64,000 nt of DNA. Source: Macrostomum lignano (lineage: Eukaryota). Both the position numbers and the translations under genes were made by a program. The stretch lies in NCBI GenBank assembly GCA_002269645.1, contig NIVC01001082.1, positions 76,921-140,920 of the forward strand, written 5' to 3'. Of this stretch, positions 49,001 through 59,999 are shown one piece after another (within the stretch, counting starts at the first letter, position 1; each line of letters begins with the position of its first letter). The notes under the pieces were generated by a model. The model worked only from the letters and a program-made list of their open reading frames with translations. It was not told the DNA's origin and did no database searches.

Positions 49001-50921
49001 ATACATGTATCATGTTGGAGCCTTCAGATTTCGGTATACCATGTCAAATCAATCCAGACCCGCATACAAGCCGCCGGATGGCTCGCCATGGCCTCTGATT
49101 GGTCCAGAAAACCTAGCCAATCAGAGCCTGCTGCTACTACTGCTATGCGGCAGTCCGGTAAGTCAGGTCTGCAATCACTACTCAGACGAGGCGGCTCCCA
49201 ACGGATCTGTGCTCAGACTCGCCGGTGTACCAAATCGATGCGATGTTGGCCTTTTAAGCAGCCGAGAGTTCTCCACTAGACGGAATGCTCAGCCCTATCA
49301 GATTGGTTCGTTTCTTAAGTCACCTCGGGCGCCAATTTGGCTGTTGGAGCTGCAGACCGGACAGCAGCAGCAGCAGCAGCAGTACGTGGTCGCCTTCGCC
49401 TGCGATTCCAAATTAGTCAGCGATTGGCGAGCCGAGCGCCTGTTCGAACTGTTGTTGCTGACGCCAGTGTTGCGCAGCCGAGCGCCTGGGAAAGCAACTA
49501 TTGGTAAGAGTTTGACAGCGGCTCTACTGTTTTAAAAATCTCCAGATATCTTATTTGGTGCCTTTGCCTTTAGGGTTGACCCTCGTTACTGTACTCATAG
49601 TAACAGCGTTGGGTCGGATACTCGTATTCTGTGGTTGTCGTCTCGACAAATTTTAAGCAAAATTTGGATTCCTACGGTACAACTTGTAGCTACAAGTAGC
49701 TTTTCATCGGCTTTAGCACCAAGGGGCTTTAGCACCAAGGGGCTTTAGCACCAAGGGGCTTTAGCACCAAGGGGCTTTAGCACCAAGGGGCTTTAGCACC
49801 AAGGGGCTTTAGCACCAAGGGGCTTTAGCACCAAGGGGCTTTAGCACCAAGGGGCTTTAGCACCAAGGGGCTTTAGCACCAAGGGGCTTTAGCACCAAGG
49901 GGCTTTAGCACCAAGGGGCTTTAGCACCAAGGGGCTTTAGCACCAAGGGGCTTTAGCACCAAGGGGCTTTAGCACCAAGGGGCTTTAGCACCAAGGGGCG
50001 CCAGCACCAAGGGGCGCCAGCACCAAGGGGCTTTAGCACCAAGGGGCTTTAGCACCAAGGGGCTTTAGCACCAAGGGGCGCCAGCACCAAGGGGCTTTAG
50101 CACCAAGGGGCTTTAGCACCAAGGGGCGCCAGCACCAAGGGGCTTTAGCACCAAGGGGCGCCAGCACCAAGGGGCTTTAGCACCAAGGGGCGCCAGCACC
50201 AAGGGGCGCCAGCACCAAGGGGCGCCAGCACCAAGGGGCGCCAGCACCAAGGGGCGCCAGCACCAAGGGGCGCCAGCACCAAGGGGCGCCAGCACCAAGG
50301 GGCGCCAGCACCAAGGGGCGCCAGCACCAAGGGGCGCCAGCACCAAGGGGCGCCAACACCAAGGGGCGCCAACACCAAGGGGCGCCAGCACCAAGGGGCG
50401 CCAGCACCAAGGGGCGCCAACACCAAGGGGCGCCAGCACCAAGGTGCTTTAGCACCAAGGTGCTTTAGCACCAAGGGGCGCCAGCACCAAGGGGCGCCAG
50501 CACCAAGGGGCGCCAGCACCAAGGGGCGCCAGCACCAAGGGGCGCCAGCCTCTAAGATCTAAAAAATGTTTCTGTACTGGATTAATGGTACACCAATATT
50601 CCGATAAACAATCAGAGCAGTGGACTATAAAATAAAAGTACAACTGTCGAAGTTTAACAAGCTGAAAAATATTTTCGCCGCAATAATAAAAATGAGATTT
50701 CTCTCCAAATTGGGAAAAACGTTGTTTATCCCTACAGCAGATTGAGTTATCTTCATCAAAAGCACGAACGAGAGCTGCAGTAACCATTTAAGGCGGTAGG
50801 GATACAGGGATATTATGAGCTAGAAAGCAGGCTCAGATAATCATCTAGACGATGGTCCTTTGTTGAAAAGCTCTATCAAATTTACAGGCGGCTCATTGTA
50901 TCCGAGCTGTAATTTTGGGTT

Positions 50922-50984
<63 letters not shown>

Positions 50985-50987
50985 TAG

Positions 50988-51042
<55 letters not shown>

Positions 51043-51455
51043 GTGTCTCAGTGTCTGTCTGCCTGTCTGTCTGTCTGTCTGCCTACAAGCCCGCCGCTGC
51101 CCCCCCCCATCCCCAGACTGCCGCGGCAATTTCTCAGACCAGAACTCGTCATCATCCTCGGCCGCTTCGTCCGCCGCCTCGCTGAGAGAATCCGCTGACA
51201 CCTCGGAGTCGCCTTTGGCACCTGAAGGGGAAAGAAATTCGTCAATGGGCATTGAGCTGCCCCCAACCGCTGAAGTCAGCCCGGTCGAGATGTGCCTTCG
51301 ATCCAAGTAAGCAGTTAATACTTCATCCGGAGCATCCATTTGTTTGTTTGTGCCAGCAAAATTTATATTTGATACTGCATATTCGTGATTTCATTCCTTT
51401 CTTTTTTAATTTTTCTTTCAGATGGCCCGGAGCGGAAATTCAAATTGTTTGGTGA
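43094..51455 (+). CDS. MINDY4: MINDY4/FAM188B-like protein lacking catalytic residues; exons 43094-43408, 43882-44424, 44879-44992, 45438-45667, 45748-45814, 46459-46595, 49028-49503, 51117-51306, 51422-51455
   Basis: SLRVALFGS..FSPDWASQGFHF; ALCAVQAELLRQLLF; KDGL; LIGP..LLLLLCGSPVSQV; CDVGLLS; IGSFLKSPRAPIW; DWRAERLFEL; SPVEMCLRSKWPGA all match the family layout. Phases are consistent; exon 1 and its donor are less certain. Confidence 0.85.
43423..43766. repeat. 15-bp minisatellite (CTGGTGCTGGCGCCT), MINDY4 intron 1
   Basis: About 23 units. Confidence 0.95.
44575..44690. repeat. 17-bp minisatellite (TGACTGAGAGTGACAGT)
   Basis: About 6 units. Confidence 0.8.
45195..45395 (-). pseudogene. 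Two tandem tRNA-like modules (tRNA pseudogenes or SINE head)
   Basis: A/B boxes TAGCCGAGTGGTCAAG..GGTTCGAATCC and TGGCCGAGTGGTTAAG..GGTTCGAACC; acceptor and anticodon stems pair poorly. Confidence 0.6.
45945..46405. repeat. 24-bp minisatellite (GGGTGGCAGGGTAATTAAGGACAT)
   Basis: Tandem array in MINDY4 intron 5. Confidence 0.95.
46615..48968. repeat. 21-bp minisatellite, ~110 units (CTTAGCTTCACTGGTTCCACT)
   Basis: Fills MINDY4 intron 6; explains ORFs 46465-49098 and 46577-48961. Confidence 0.97.
49712..50549. repeat. 16-bp minisatellite with two variants (AGCACCAAGGGGCTTT / AGCACCAAGGGGCGCC)
   Basis: Tandem array in MINDY4 intron 7. Confidence 0.96.
50924..51083. repeat. (TCTG)n microsatellite
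   Basis: Directly upstream of the exon 8 acceptor. Confidence 0.96.
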
Positions 51456-51690
51456 CAGGTCTACCTGTGTGACAGATCTACCTGTGTGACAGATCTACCT
51501 GTGTGACAGATTTACCTGTGTGACAGATCTACCTGTGTGACAGATCTACCTGTGTGACAGATTTACCTGTGTGACAGATCTACCTGTGTGATAGATCTAC
51601 TTGTGTGACAGATCTACTTGTGTGACAGATCTACTTGTGTGACAGATCTCTCTGTGGACAGATCTCTCTGTGCACAGATCCACCTGTGTG
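51455..51690. repeat. 17-bp minisatellite (ACAGATCTACCTGTGTG) starting at the MINDY4 stop codon
   Basis: About 12 units. Confidence 0.92.
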
Positions 51691-52022
51691 AGATGTTCAC
51701 TGGTATGCAAAATGCACTCTTTTTAGCCATGAAACATGTCTGCATTTTTCATACGCACTTCACTGCTGTCTGCTAACGGACTTGGTGCTTTCTCGGATTT
51801 GTAGTTTAGTAATTCTTTATTTCTATAGTTGACCTTTGTTAATTTTCAACTGATCATTTTTCCTTCTAGCCGTGATAATTAGCTAATACGCTCGTAAAAT
51901 ATTTATTATTGACAGACAATTAACTTGTGCCTTACATAATTAAATGAGTTTGGCAGATACCTGCCTTTGTGGTATGTTCTTTTGAACTTTTGTATTTAGA
52001 AAATTCAGGAAGTATTCCATTT

Positions 52023-52432
52023 CAGATACTAGATCTAGTTCTCTTTGGCTTGGCTGGAGACGTATTCCACTCCAGATACTAGATCTAGTTCTCTTTGGCT
52101 TGGCTGGAGACGTATTCCACTCCAGATACTAGATCTAGTTCTCTTTGGCTTGGCTGGAGACGTATTCCACTCCAGATACTAGATCTAGTTCTCTTTGGCT
52201 TGGCTAGAGACGTATTCCACTCCAGATACTAGATCTAGTTCTCTTTGGCTTGGCTAGAGACGTATTCCACTCCAGATACTAGATCTAGTTCTCTTTGGCT
52301 TGGCTGGAGACGTATTCCACTCCAGATACTAGATCTAGTTCTCTTTGGCTTGGCTAGAGACGTATTCCACTCCAGATACTAGATCTAGTTCTCTTTAGTT
52401 TGGCTAGAGACGCATTCCACTCCAGATACTAG
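52023..52432. repeat. 50-bp minisatellite, ~8 units
   Basis: CCAGATACTAGATCTAGTTCTCTTTGGCTTGGCTRGAGACGTATTCCACT. Confidence 0.95.
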
Positions 52433-52564
52433 GTTAAGATCTTTGGACAAAAAAACATTATAGTTTGCAATCTGCATTCAGAATTGCATTTCGATTATAA
52501 AAAATTTAATTTGCAGCATCGCCAGAGGCAAGCGCATCCGGAGCCGCAGCATCAGCAGCAGCTG

Positions 52565-55500
52565 ATGTCCGTAACGCTGATGCTGACAAGCCTGACGTCT
52601 CCGGCTGACTGCACCCTGGAAGAGTTCCTCCGCTCGGACTGCGGACTCATACTCAAACGTGGCACTGAGGCCTCTACAATTGGTCAAGCCAAAAATAGCG
52701 ACGAGGTCGACGAGAATACCCCACTGGCTGTCAAAGGTTTCACGCCGGGCGTCGGGCATCTGGACAGTCGGCGTGTTCGCATCGACGATTGTCTGGTGGA
52801 GGTCAACGGAATTCCGGTGCGGCTTGGCGACGCGCTCAATCCGGCTGATCAGTACGTGCGCAGGCCGGCTGAGGAGCGCCAGTCCAGGCATCAGGTAGGG
52901 CTAGGTGAGGCGTGCTAGATGTATACGAGGCGTGCTAGATGCGTATGAGGCTTGCTCTAGAGGGATATGAGGCGTGCAAGATGCATATGAAGAGTGCTAG
53001 ATGCGTATGAGGCTTGCTCTAGAGGGATATGAGGCGTGCAAGATGCATATGAGGTGTGCTAGTCGTGCTAGATATATACGGGGCGTTCTAGATGTATCAA
53101 TATAAGTGACGTGCTAGATGGATAGAATAAGATAGAAGGCATTTAATTTATCTAACTCGGGAGCCTGCAGTTTATGAAGGAGTCCTCCAACCCAGATCTT
53201 CTGTCCCGATCTCCTTGACACCCATCAGCAGCAGCAACCCAGCAGAAGCGCCTGTCTCGTCACTTTGAGCTTCAACCGTCGCCAACAACAGTCTGCGCAG
53301 GATTTTCCGGCCTCCCAAATGCCGCCGCCGCCGCCAGTCTATGATCTTGAGAGCAACTGCGCCATCCTTGTCGGCAGCGGAGGCGGCGCCGGCGGCGGCG
53401 GCGGTCAGATTGGAGCTGCCAGTCCCATCGCCGACACCCACGGCCTGCTGTTGCTGCGAACCGATGTCCGATCCTCAGACATGGCCGACGGTTCCTCTGG
53501 CGTTAACGGGGACTTCGCCGACGTTCTGTTCGCGTTTCCGCCCAGACGTCAAAGTCGGCTGTGCGGCCTGCGCGGCTTCCTGATGGCCGCCTGGTCGGTC
53601 TGGCCGGACCTGCTCCCGGGCCGGGCGAAGTCCTCAGCGAACGGCGCCACCGCGGAGGAGGCCAAGTCGGCTGGTGCTGGCGAATTCCCGTGCAGGTAAG
53701 TCTGTGCGTCATTTGCCTGTTGTTTCAGCGAGTTTATGCTTTATTCAAACTGTTCTGTTGTGCCTAGGGCTCACGATACGTTTGAAGCAGAGAGTAGAGG
53801 GTGACGCAGAGGATAGAGGGTGAAGCAGAGGGTAAAGGGTGAAGCAGAGAGTAGAGGGTGAAGCAGAGGGTAGAGGGTGAAACAGAGGGTAGAGGGTGAA
53901 GCAGAGGGTAGAGGGTGAAGCAGAGGGTAGAGGGTGAAGCAGAGGGTAGAGGGTGAAGCAGAGGGTAGAGGGTGAAGCAGAGGGTAGAGGGTGAAGCAGA
54001 GGGTAGAGAGTAAAGCAGAGGGTAGAGTGTAAAGCAGAGGATAGAGAGTAAAGCAGAGGGTAGAGGGTGAAACAGAGGGTAGAGGGTGAAGCAGAGGATA
54101 GAGAGTAAAGCAGAGGGTAGAGGGTAAAACAGAGGGTATAGGGTAAAACAGAGGGCAGAGGGTGAAAGTAGAAAATAGTGTGTGAAGCAGATAATAAAAG
54201 CAGAAACATAGAGCTAACAGTCCTTATTTAATGATTCGTCACTGATAATTAACTCTTCTATCTCTCTGAGTTAATTATTATTTTTGGTCATTTCGTCAAG
54301 GAAGACTTTAAAAAGAAAAACGGAGATTATCTAGATTGAAAATCCAGCCAGACTGACAACATCTCGAGAAGAGAAATTGAGAAGCCAGTGATTCGGGGCT
54401 GCATAGCTATTAGTAAAAAAACAGACAGCCTAGAGAAGCCCCAGACACACTGATTAAATAGTTGCTATAGCGGTGGCTTTCAAGAATGAGTGGGTGGATG
54501 GAAACCGTGGCACAAAATTAGAGGGAGATTAGCACGACGCAGGCAGTTCAGGCTTGTTGATTTGAATCCCAAATCCTCGTGTTTGGGCAGGTGCAATTAT
54601 TTATTAAAAGAAACGTCTTCATTAAATCTAGCGTTTTTTGGTAATTTGCAATCCAAAATTCTTAGAAACATTTTGCGGCCTGAGGCCAGTAATCCGATTC
54701 TTTATCGGACACCGACACTTTGGTACTTTAAGTTAGGGGCTTTTTAATTTCGAAGGAATTCTGGGACTAATCGCTAAGGTGTTTCATTAATTTTATCTCT
54801 TTGTTGAGCTCCATTAGCCTGGATTCTGGACTTGAAATCTCGCCTCATCTGCCTTTAGTGACTTCCGCCCATGTGCTTTTCTCAAGATAGTTAATGAAGT
54901 CTCGTTTATCTTCCTCCTATTTTGGGTTCATCAATCTTGAATATGGCTTAGCGCCGATCTAAGTTGGCGAGTTAACACTATTCATTAACACACTGTATAA
55001 TATAGATATTACGATGACAGAAACTCTTACAATGTGACAGCTTCTCTGCCAATTCGCGTTCCTATATATAACTACAAACACAAGGAATGCCATTGGGTAA
55101 CTGTATTTGTAATCTATAAAGTGTTTTAATTAATACTAAGTCTTGTTTATGTCTTTAACAAATTTACTTTGTATTGGCATTGCGCTCGGGGGAAGTCGTA
55201 CTTACCGTCTTATTCCCTTTAAATTTATTATTTTCAAATACGAGCCAATCATCCATTGGCCGTTTCATTTCCTCTCTAATCTAACTGACCAATCTCAACC
55301 AATCAGAATCATTTATCGACCGTCTCATTTCCTCTCTTACCCCAGACAAATCTGAACCAATCAGAATCATCCATCGACCGTCTCATCTCCTCTCTTACCC
55401 AACTGACCAATCTGAACCAATCAGAATCTACAAATAACAATCAACATAGACAAACCGGCATAATCGATATTCAAACCTTGCTCAACTGCACAGAACGCTA

Positions 55501-58500
55501 ACTTTCGAAGATCCGGACGGCCAGGAGGTGACAGCGGCAATGCGGCCGTGCCAACTGTCCAATGCTCGCCTCGTGTGCGTTCTGGCCGCGCCGACAGCCT
55601 GGCTCAACGGTTCCGGAGCCGATACCGTGCAACTGGCGGGCCACCTGCTGGACCTTTTCCTTTTGCTGGGCTGGCCGAGAGGAAATCCGGTGCAGACAAG
55701 CAGTCAGGAGGAGGCTAATGAGGACACCGCCGGTTACAATGAGCCGCTGTGCCAGCTATTGCAGGTAAACTGATGTATGTTTAACGTGAGCTGTCCATTT
55801 TTTGAGGGTTGAGCTGATGTAAAAAGACTTTGGAGGTGATGTGCCCAGCTCAGCTATGGATAAAGGTGACGCGCGAAGACTTTGGCTTGGACGTGAGGTG
55901 TCCAGTTGAGCCTATGGATAAAGGTGACGCGCGCAGACTTTGGCTTGGACGTGAGGTGTCCAGTTGAGCCTATGGATAAAGGTGACGCGCGCAGACTTTG
56001 GCTTGGACGTGAGGTGTCCAGTTGAGCCTATGGATAAAGGTGACGCGCGCAGACTTTGGCTTGGACGTGAGGTGTCCAGTTGAGCCTATGGATAAAGGTG
56101 ACGCGCGCAGACTTTGGCTTGGACGTGAGGTGTCCAGTTGAGCCTATGGATAAAGGTGACGCGCGCAGACTTTGGCTTGGACGTGAGGTGTCCAGTTGAG
56201 CCTATGGATAAAGGTGACGCGCGCAGACTTTGGCTTGGACGTGAGGTGTCCAGCTCAGCATTTGGTCACGAGGTTAGCGTACTCAGACGAACTAGAATTT
56301 TTTTATACATTTTCCTTTCGTCAATTCAATCCTGCAGTGCCTCTCTAAAGTGAAAAAAATACAAAACGGTCATACGACATGTTTCTCGTCTATCTTCGTC
56401 AGTCTGGCGGACTTTGGGTCCGTCTCTCAAACCAAATTGCCCATAACTGTAACGTGGCATAACTGTTTACTAACTAGCTGCTAAACTAGCTTGTAACCAA
56501 CGCGTCCGTTGCCTGACATTTTATGTATCTTGCGTTCTTAGTAGTTAAAGCGCGCGTCCTCAAATTCCCTCAGCTTCTGCGAGCAATTCTAAAAAACATT
56601 GTGATTAACACGACTGCATAAAAATCCAAGATCGTGTCAATTATTAGGGTGCCAGATTTCCTGCATACCAATTAAAACATTGTGATAAAAATTATCATTT
56701 CTGATACTTTGTTCTTTTCGTATTTCTTCATCTATTTGTGATCATGCCTTCGTAGAAATTGTTAAGTCTTACGTCCTCTTATAGTCCAGTGGTTCAGTGC
56801 TGACTCCCCAACGCTCCACTCCAGGTGCTTTTCACCGCCATCTCGGAGCGCCGCCTACCGCCGAGCCTTCGCCGCCTGGCTTGGCCAGCCCGGCGTCAGA
56901 CCTCCGGCCAGGCCAGGGACGCCGATCGTCTACTGGCCGACTTCGTGTCCGGTAGCAGTCCCGGCTGTCCGGACTTCACCGGACACGCCTGCATACTGGG
57001 CGGAAGTCTCGCCGACTCCGGCAGCCGAGTAGCCTCAGTTGGCTGTCTGTCGCACGGCAGGCAGCACCGCAGGCTGGGCCACGCCTGCTGGCTGTTCGAG
57101 CTGCTGCACCGACACTTCACCGTCTACCCAGCCGGCCGACGGCGTCTGCGAGTTGTCTGGCTACCGGTGCATCTCGACGCCTTCCCAGACGAGGAGGCGG
57201 CGAGTCACCTGCGCAGCCGGCCTGTACACCTTCTCTCCGTAGCCAATGGCAACCTGAGCGTCTGTCTGCTGTACGCCGGGCTAACTAACCTGACTGGATT
57301 GCCACAGACTCTGCTAGAAGCTGCCGAGTCATTTCTATTGGACTGTTTGCCAGCCCGTCTGCCGCATCTGTTTCACTGGCGTAAGAAAATCAATCTTCTT
57401 TTTCTACGAGTATCTATTTGCGTTTGTTGGTTTTGTTGTGTCTTGGTAAAAAGCAGTTCTAATGCCTAATTGACATTTTCACCAATGTAGAATTTGAGTA
57501 ATCTGTAAACATGTAGTTTGCAGACTTCTGCAACTTCTGCGACTCAGAGAGACTCAGCAGTGTAAATGGTAGAGTAGAGCCAGGATGCCAAATTTCACTG
57601 CGATTCTGACGCTTACTTTCTATTCTATTCTTCATTAACCATATTCAGTTCTATCAGAATAGACTACCGCGTAATCATTCTCCTATCTCTACAGGTTTTT
57701 ATCTGGTCAGTCAGTAGTCTTACCAGTCTCAGCCAATTAAAAGTCATTTAGTCGTCTGGCTACTGTACATTTATCTAGATAACTCTTACCCGTCTGACTG
57801 TACGCAGCCAATCACAATCGTTCCTTCCTCCTTATCTTTTCTTACCCGCCTAATGACAGTCAGCCAACCACAGTCAGTTCTCCATTACTATTAAATCACA
57901 AACGTACGAGCATATAGTTAGTTTAATTAAGTTAACTGAATTAAATCCTGCATCGACACAGCCGCAGGCAGTCAGCAAGCGTCAGCCAATGGCGCATCGG
58001 CAGCGATAGAGATTGCCCTGGCCGACCCAGCCGACTATCTGACAGTTGTGAACGCCAAGTCTGGCAGCGGCGGCGGCATCTTATCGTGGTTTCGCAGCCG
58101 TAGCGGCAGCTTGAAAAGATCAAAGGCAGGCGGCGGATCAAAGGCAGGCGGCGGATCGAAGGCAGGCGGCGGCTCAAAGGCGGGCGGCGGATCAAGAGCC
58201 GGCTCGTTGGGCCGAGCTGCTTCGTTGACTTCCCTGAACAATGCGGCTGGGGGTACCATCGACGGTGGCAGCGCTGGCGACCTGTCAGGCGGCTCCGGCC
58301 AGCAGCAGGCGGCTGCTCAGTGGCTTCAACAGGCGGGCGGAGCCGGCGTGTTTGCCTACCTGCTGCTGGACTGGCCGGCTGGAGTCTGCCACGCGTCCCA
58401 GGCCGCTCTGCCTCAGGGCCGACTGGCGGGACCCGTAGCTGCCGAATTCCTTCGCCTAGTTGGCCTGCACCTCCGGCCGCAGCTGCTGGCACTTGCGGCT

Positions 58501-58740
58501 AGCTGTGGTGGCAGCGGCGGTGGCAACAGCGTCGAAGCAATGTCGGTAGTCGAATTCGACGTTGACACGTCTGACCTTGGTGGCGGCGGTGGCGGTGGCG
58601 AAAGCGGCGCCCCTAAACGGTTGTCGTTGACGTTGCAAGGTAGGAAGACGTCGCAATGGGAGATGTACTTTTGCCTGAGCGAACCGGCGCCCAATTTTGG
58701 CGACCTGTGCCAGGAGCTGCGAGACCTGCTGGCCAGGTGA
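52565..58740 (+). CDS. INTU: Inturned-like PDZ + longin planar-cell-polarity effector; exons (52517/52565)-52894, 53229-53695, 55494-55764, 56825-57380, 58046-58740
   Basis: PDZ-like VKGFTPG...VRIDDCLVEVNGIPV..LVTLSF; LRGFLMAA; RLVCVLAAP; CILGGSL; C-terminal GRKTSQWEMYFC match the INTU order; splice phases are consistent. The 5' end is uncertain. Confidence 0.72.
52905..53120. repeat. Degenerate GAGGCGTGCTAGATG repeat
   Basis: Intron 1 of the INTU-like gene. Confidence 0.75.
53782..54170. repeat. 19-bp minisatellite (AGAGGGTAGAGGGTGAAGC)
   Basis: Intron 2 of the INTU-like gene. Confidence 0.94.
55235..55430. repeat. ~59-bp imperfect repeat rich in CCAAT
   Basis: About 3 units of AACCAATCAGAATCATCCATCGACCGTCTCAT... 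Confidence 0.75.
55825..56255. repeat. 58-bp minisatellite, ~7 units
   Basis: GAGCCTATGGATAAAGGTGACGCGCGCAGACTTTGGCTTGGACGTGAGGTGTCCAGTT. Confidence 0.95.
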
Positions 58741-59999
58741 CCTCATTAAATATAATTAGATTATTACTTTCAGTTTTACTGCATTTTAAAGACCGGTAGA
58801 TATAAAATGTAAAACTGGATCACTTTCTTTCTAGAAAAAAAACGTTTTCCAACAGCCATGTACTTTTCAGCTTTCTTTCAGTAAATCTCTGTTGTGTATA
58901 GACTGTAGGCAATTGATGCTCTCTGTTGTTTCTTGATTCTTGCATTCTTTGAATCACGGTCAGGTTATATGAACACGAATGTCATATCGAGAGCTGTAAA
59001 GTCCTTATCTCGGACAAATTCTATTTCACGAGAGCATATAAATGCACTAGCGATTCTGACTACAACTTTGCTTGTAAAATATAAGAATCACTGGAACAGA
59101 CAGTCGTATCTTTAAAATAAATCTTTGATCAGCGTATGAAACAGTGATGTACTCTTAGTATTAATTATCAGGTTTTACTGGGTATATAAGAATACTCTTT
59201 GCGTCCTATTGTAGTTTTTTAAACTGCGTCTCTATGCCATTATTTATTTATTACTTTCTGTTTATTGTTAGCTAAATAAATTCGTCCTATTCTGTGAAAA
59301 AGTGCTGGAACGCAACATAAACAAAAATGCGTTAAATACCAATAAAGGTTTAAATTTTTTCTTACTTCCGATTATATAAACAGTGAATTTTAAACTTTTA
59401 TAAACTGATTCGAAGTGTGACCCTTCAACGGGTCCACCCCAACTGCCAGCCGGAAAACTGCCAGCCGACAACTGCCAGCCGGAAAACTGCCAGCCGACAA
59501 TTGCCAGCCGACAACTGCCAGCCGACAACTGCCAGTCGACAACTGCCAGTCGACAACTGCCAGCCGACAACTGCCAGCCGACAACTGCCAGTCGACAACT
59601 GCCAGTCGACAACTGCCAGCCGATAACTGTCAGCCGACAATTGCTAGCCGAGAAAACTGCCAGCCGATAACTGCCAGCCGACAATTGCTAGCCGAGAAAA
59701 CTGCCAGCCGGAAAACTGCCAGCCGACAACTGCCAGTCGACAATTGCCAGTCGACAATTGCCAGCCGAGAAAACTTCCAGCCGGAAAACTGCCTGCCGAC
59801 AACTGCCAGCCGAGAAATCTGCCAGCCAACAACTGCCAGCCGACAAGTTCTAGCTAATTGAATCTACTGTAGCCTACTTATTAGCTAAGTAAAAAGCACG
59901 AAACTGTTTGGCTAGCAAAAGGCTTGTGGGGTAGCCTTAAATTTCGCCCTTCCCTTCCCTAATTTTTTCAGATTTCCATTAGAAGTACATGTACATGTA

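Noticed and set aside
46465-49098. 877-aa and 794-aa overlapping ORFs
   Set aside because: Read-through of a 21-bp intronic minisatellite; only 46459-46595 and 49028 onward are real MINDY4 exons.
49574-49660. Possible alternative MINDY4 exon after TTTAG
   Set aside because: Reaches a stop without family similarity; the conserved C-terminus lies at 51117-51455.
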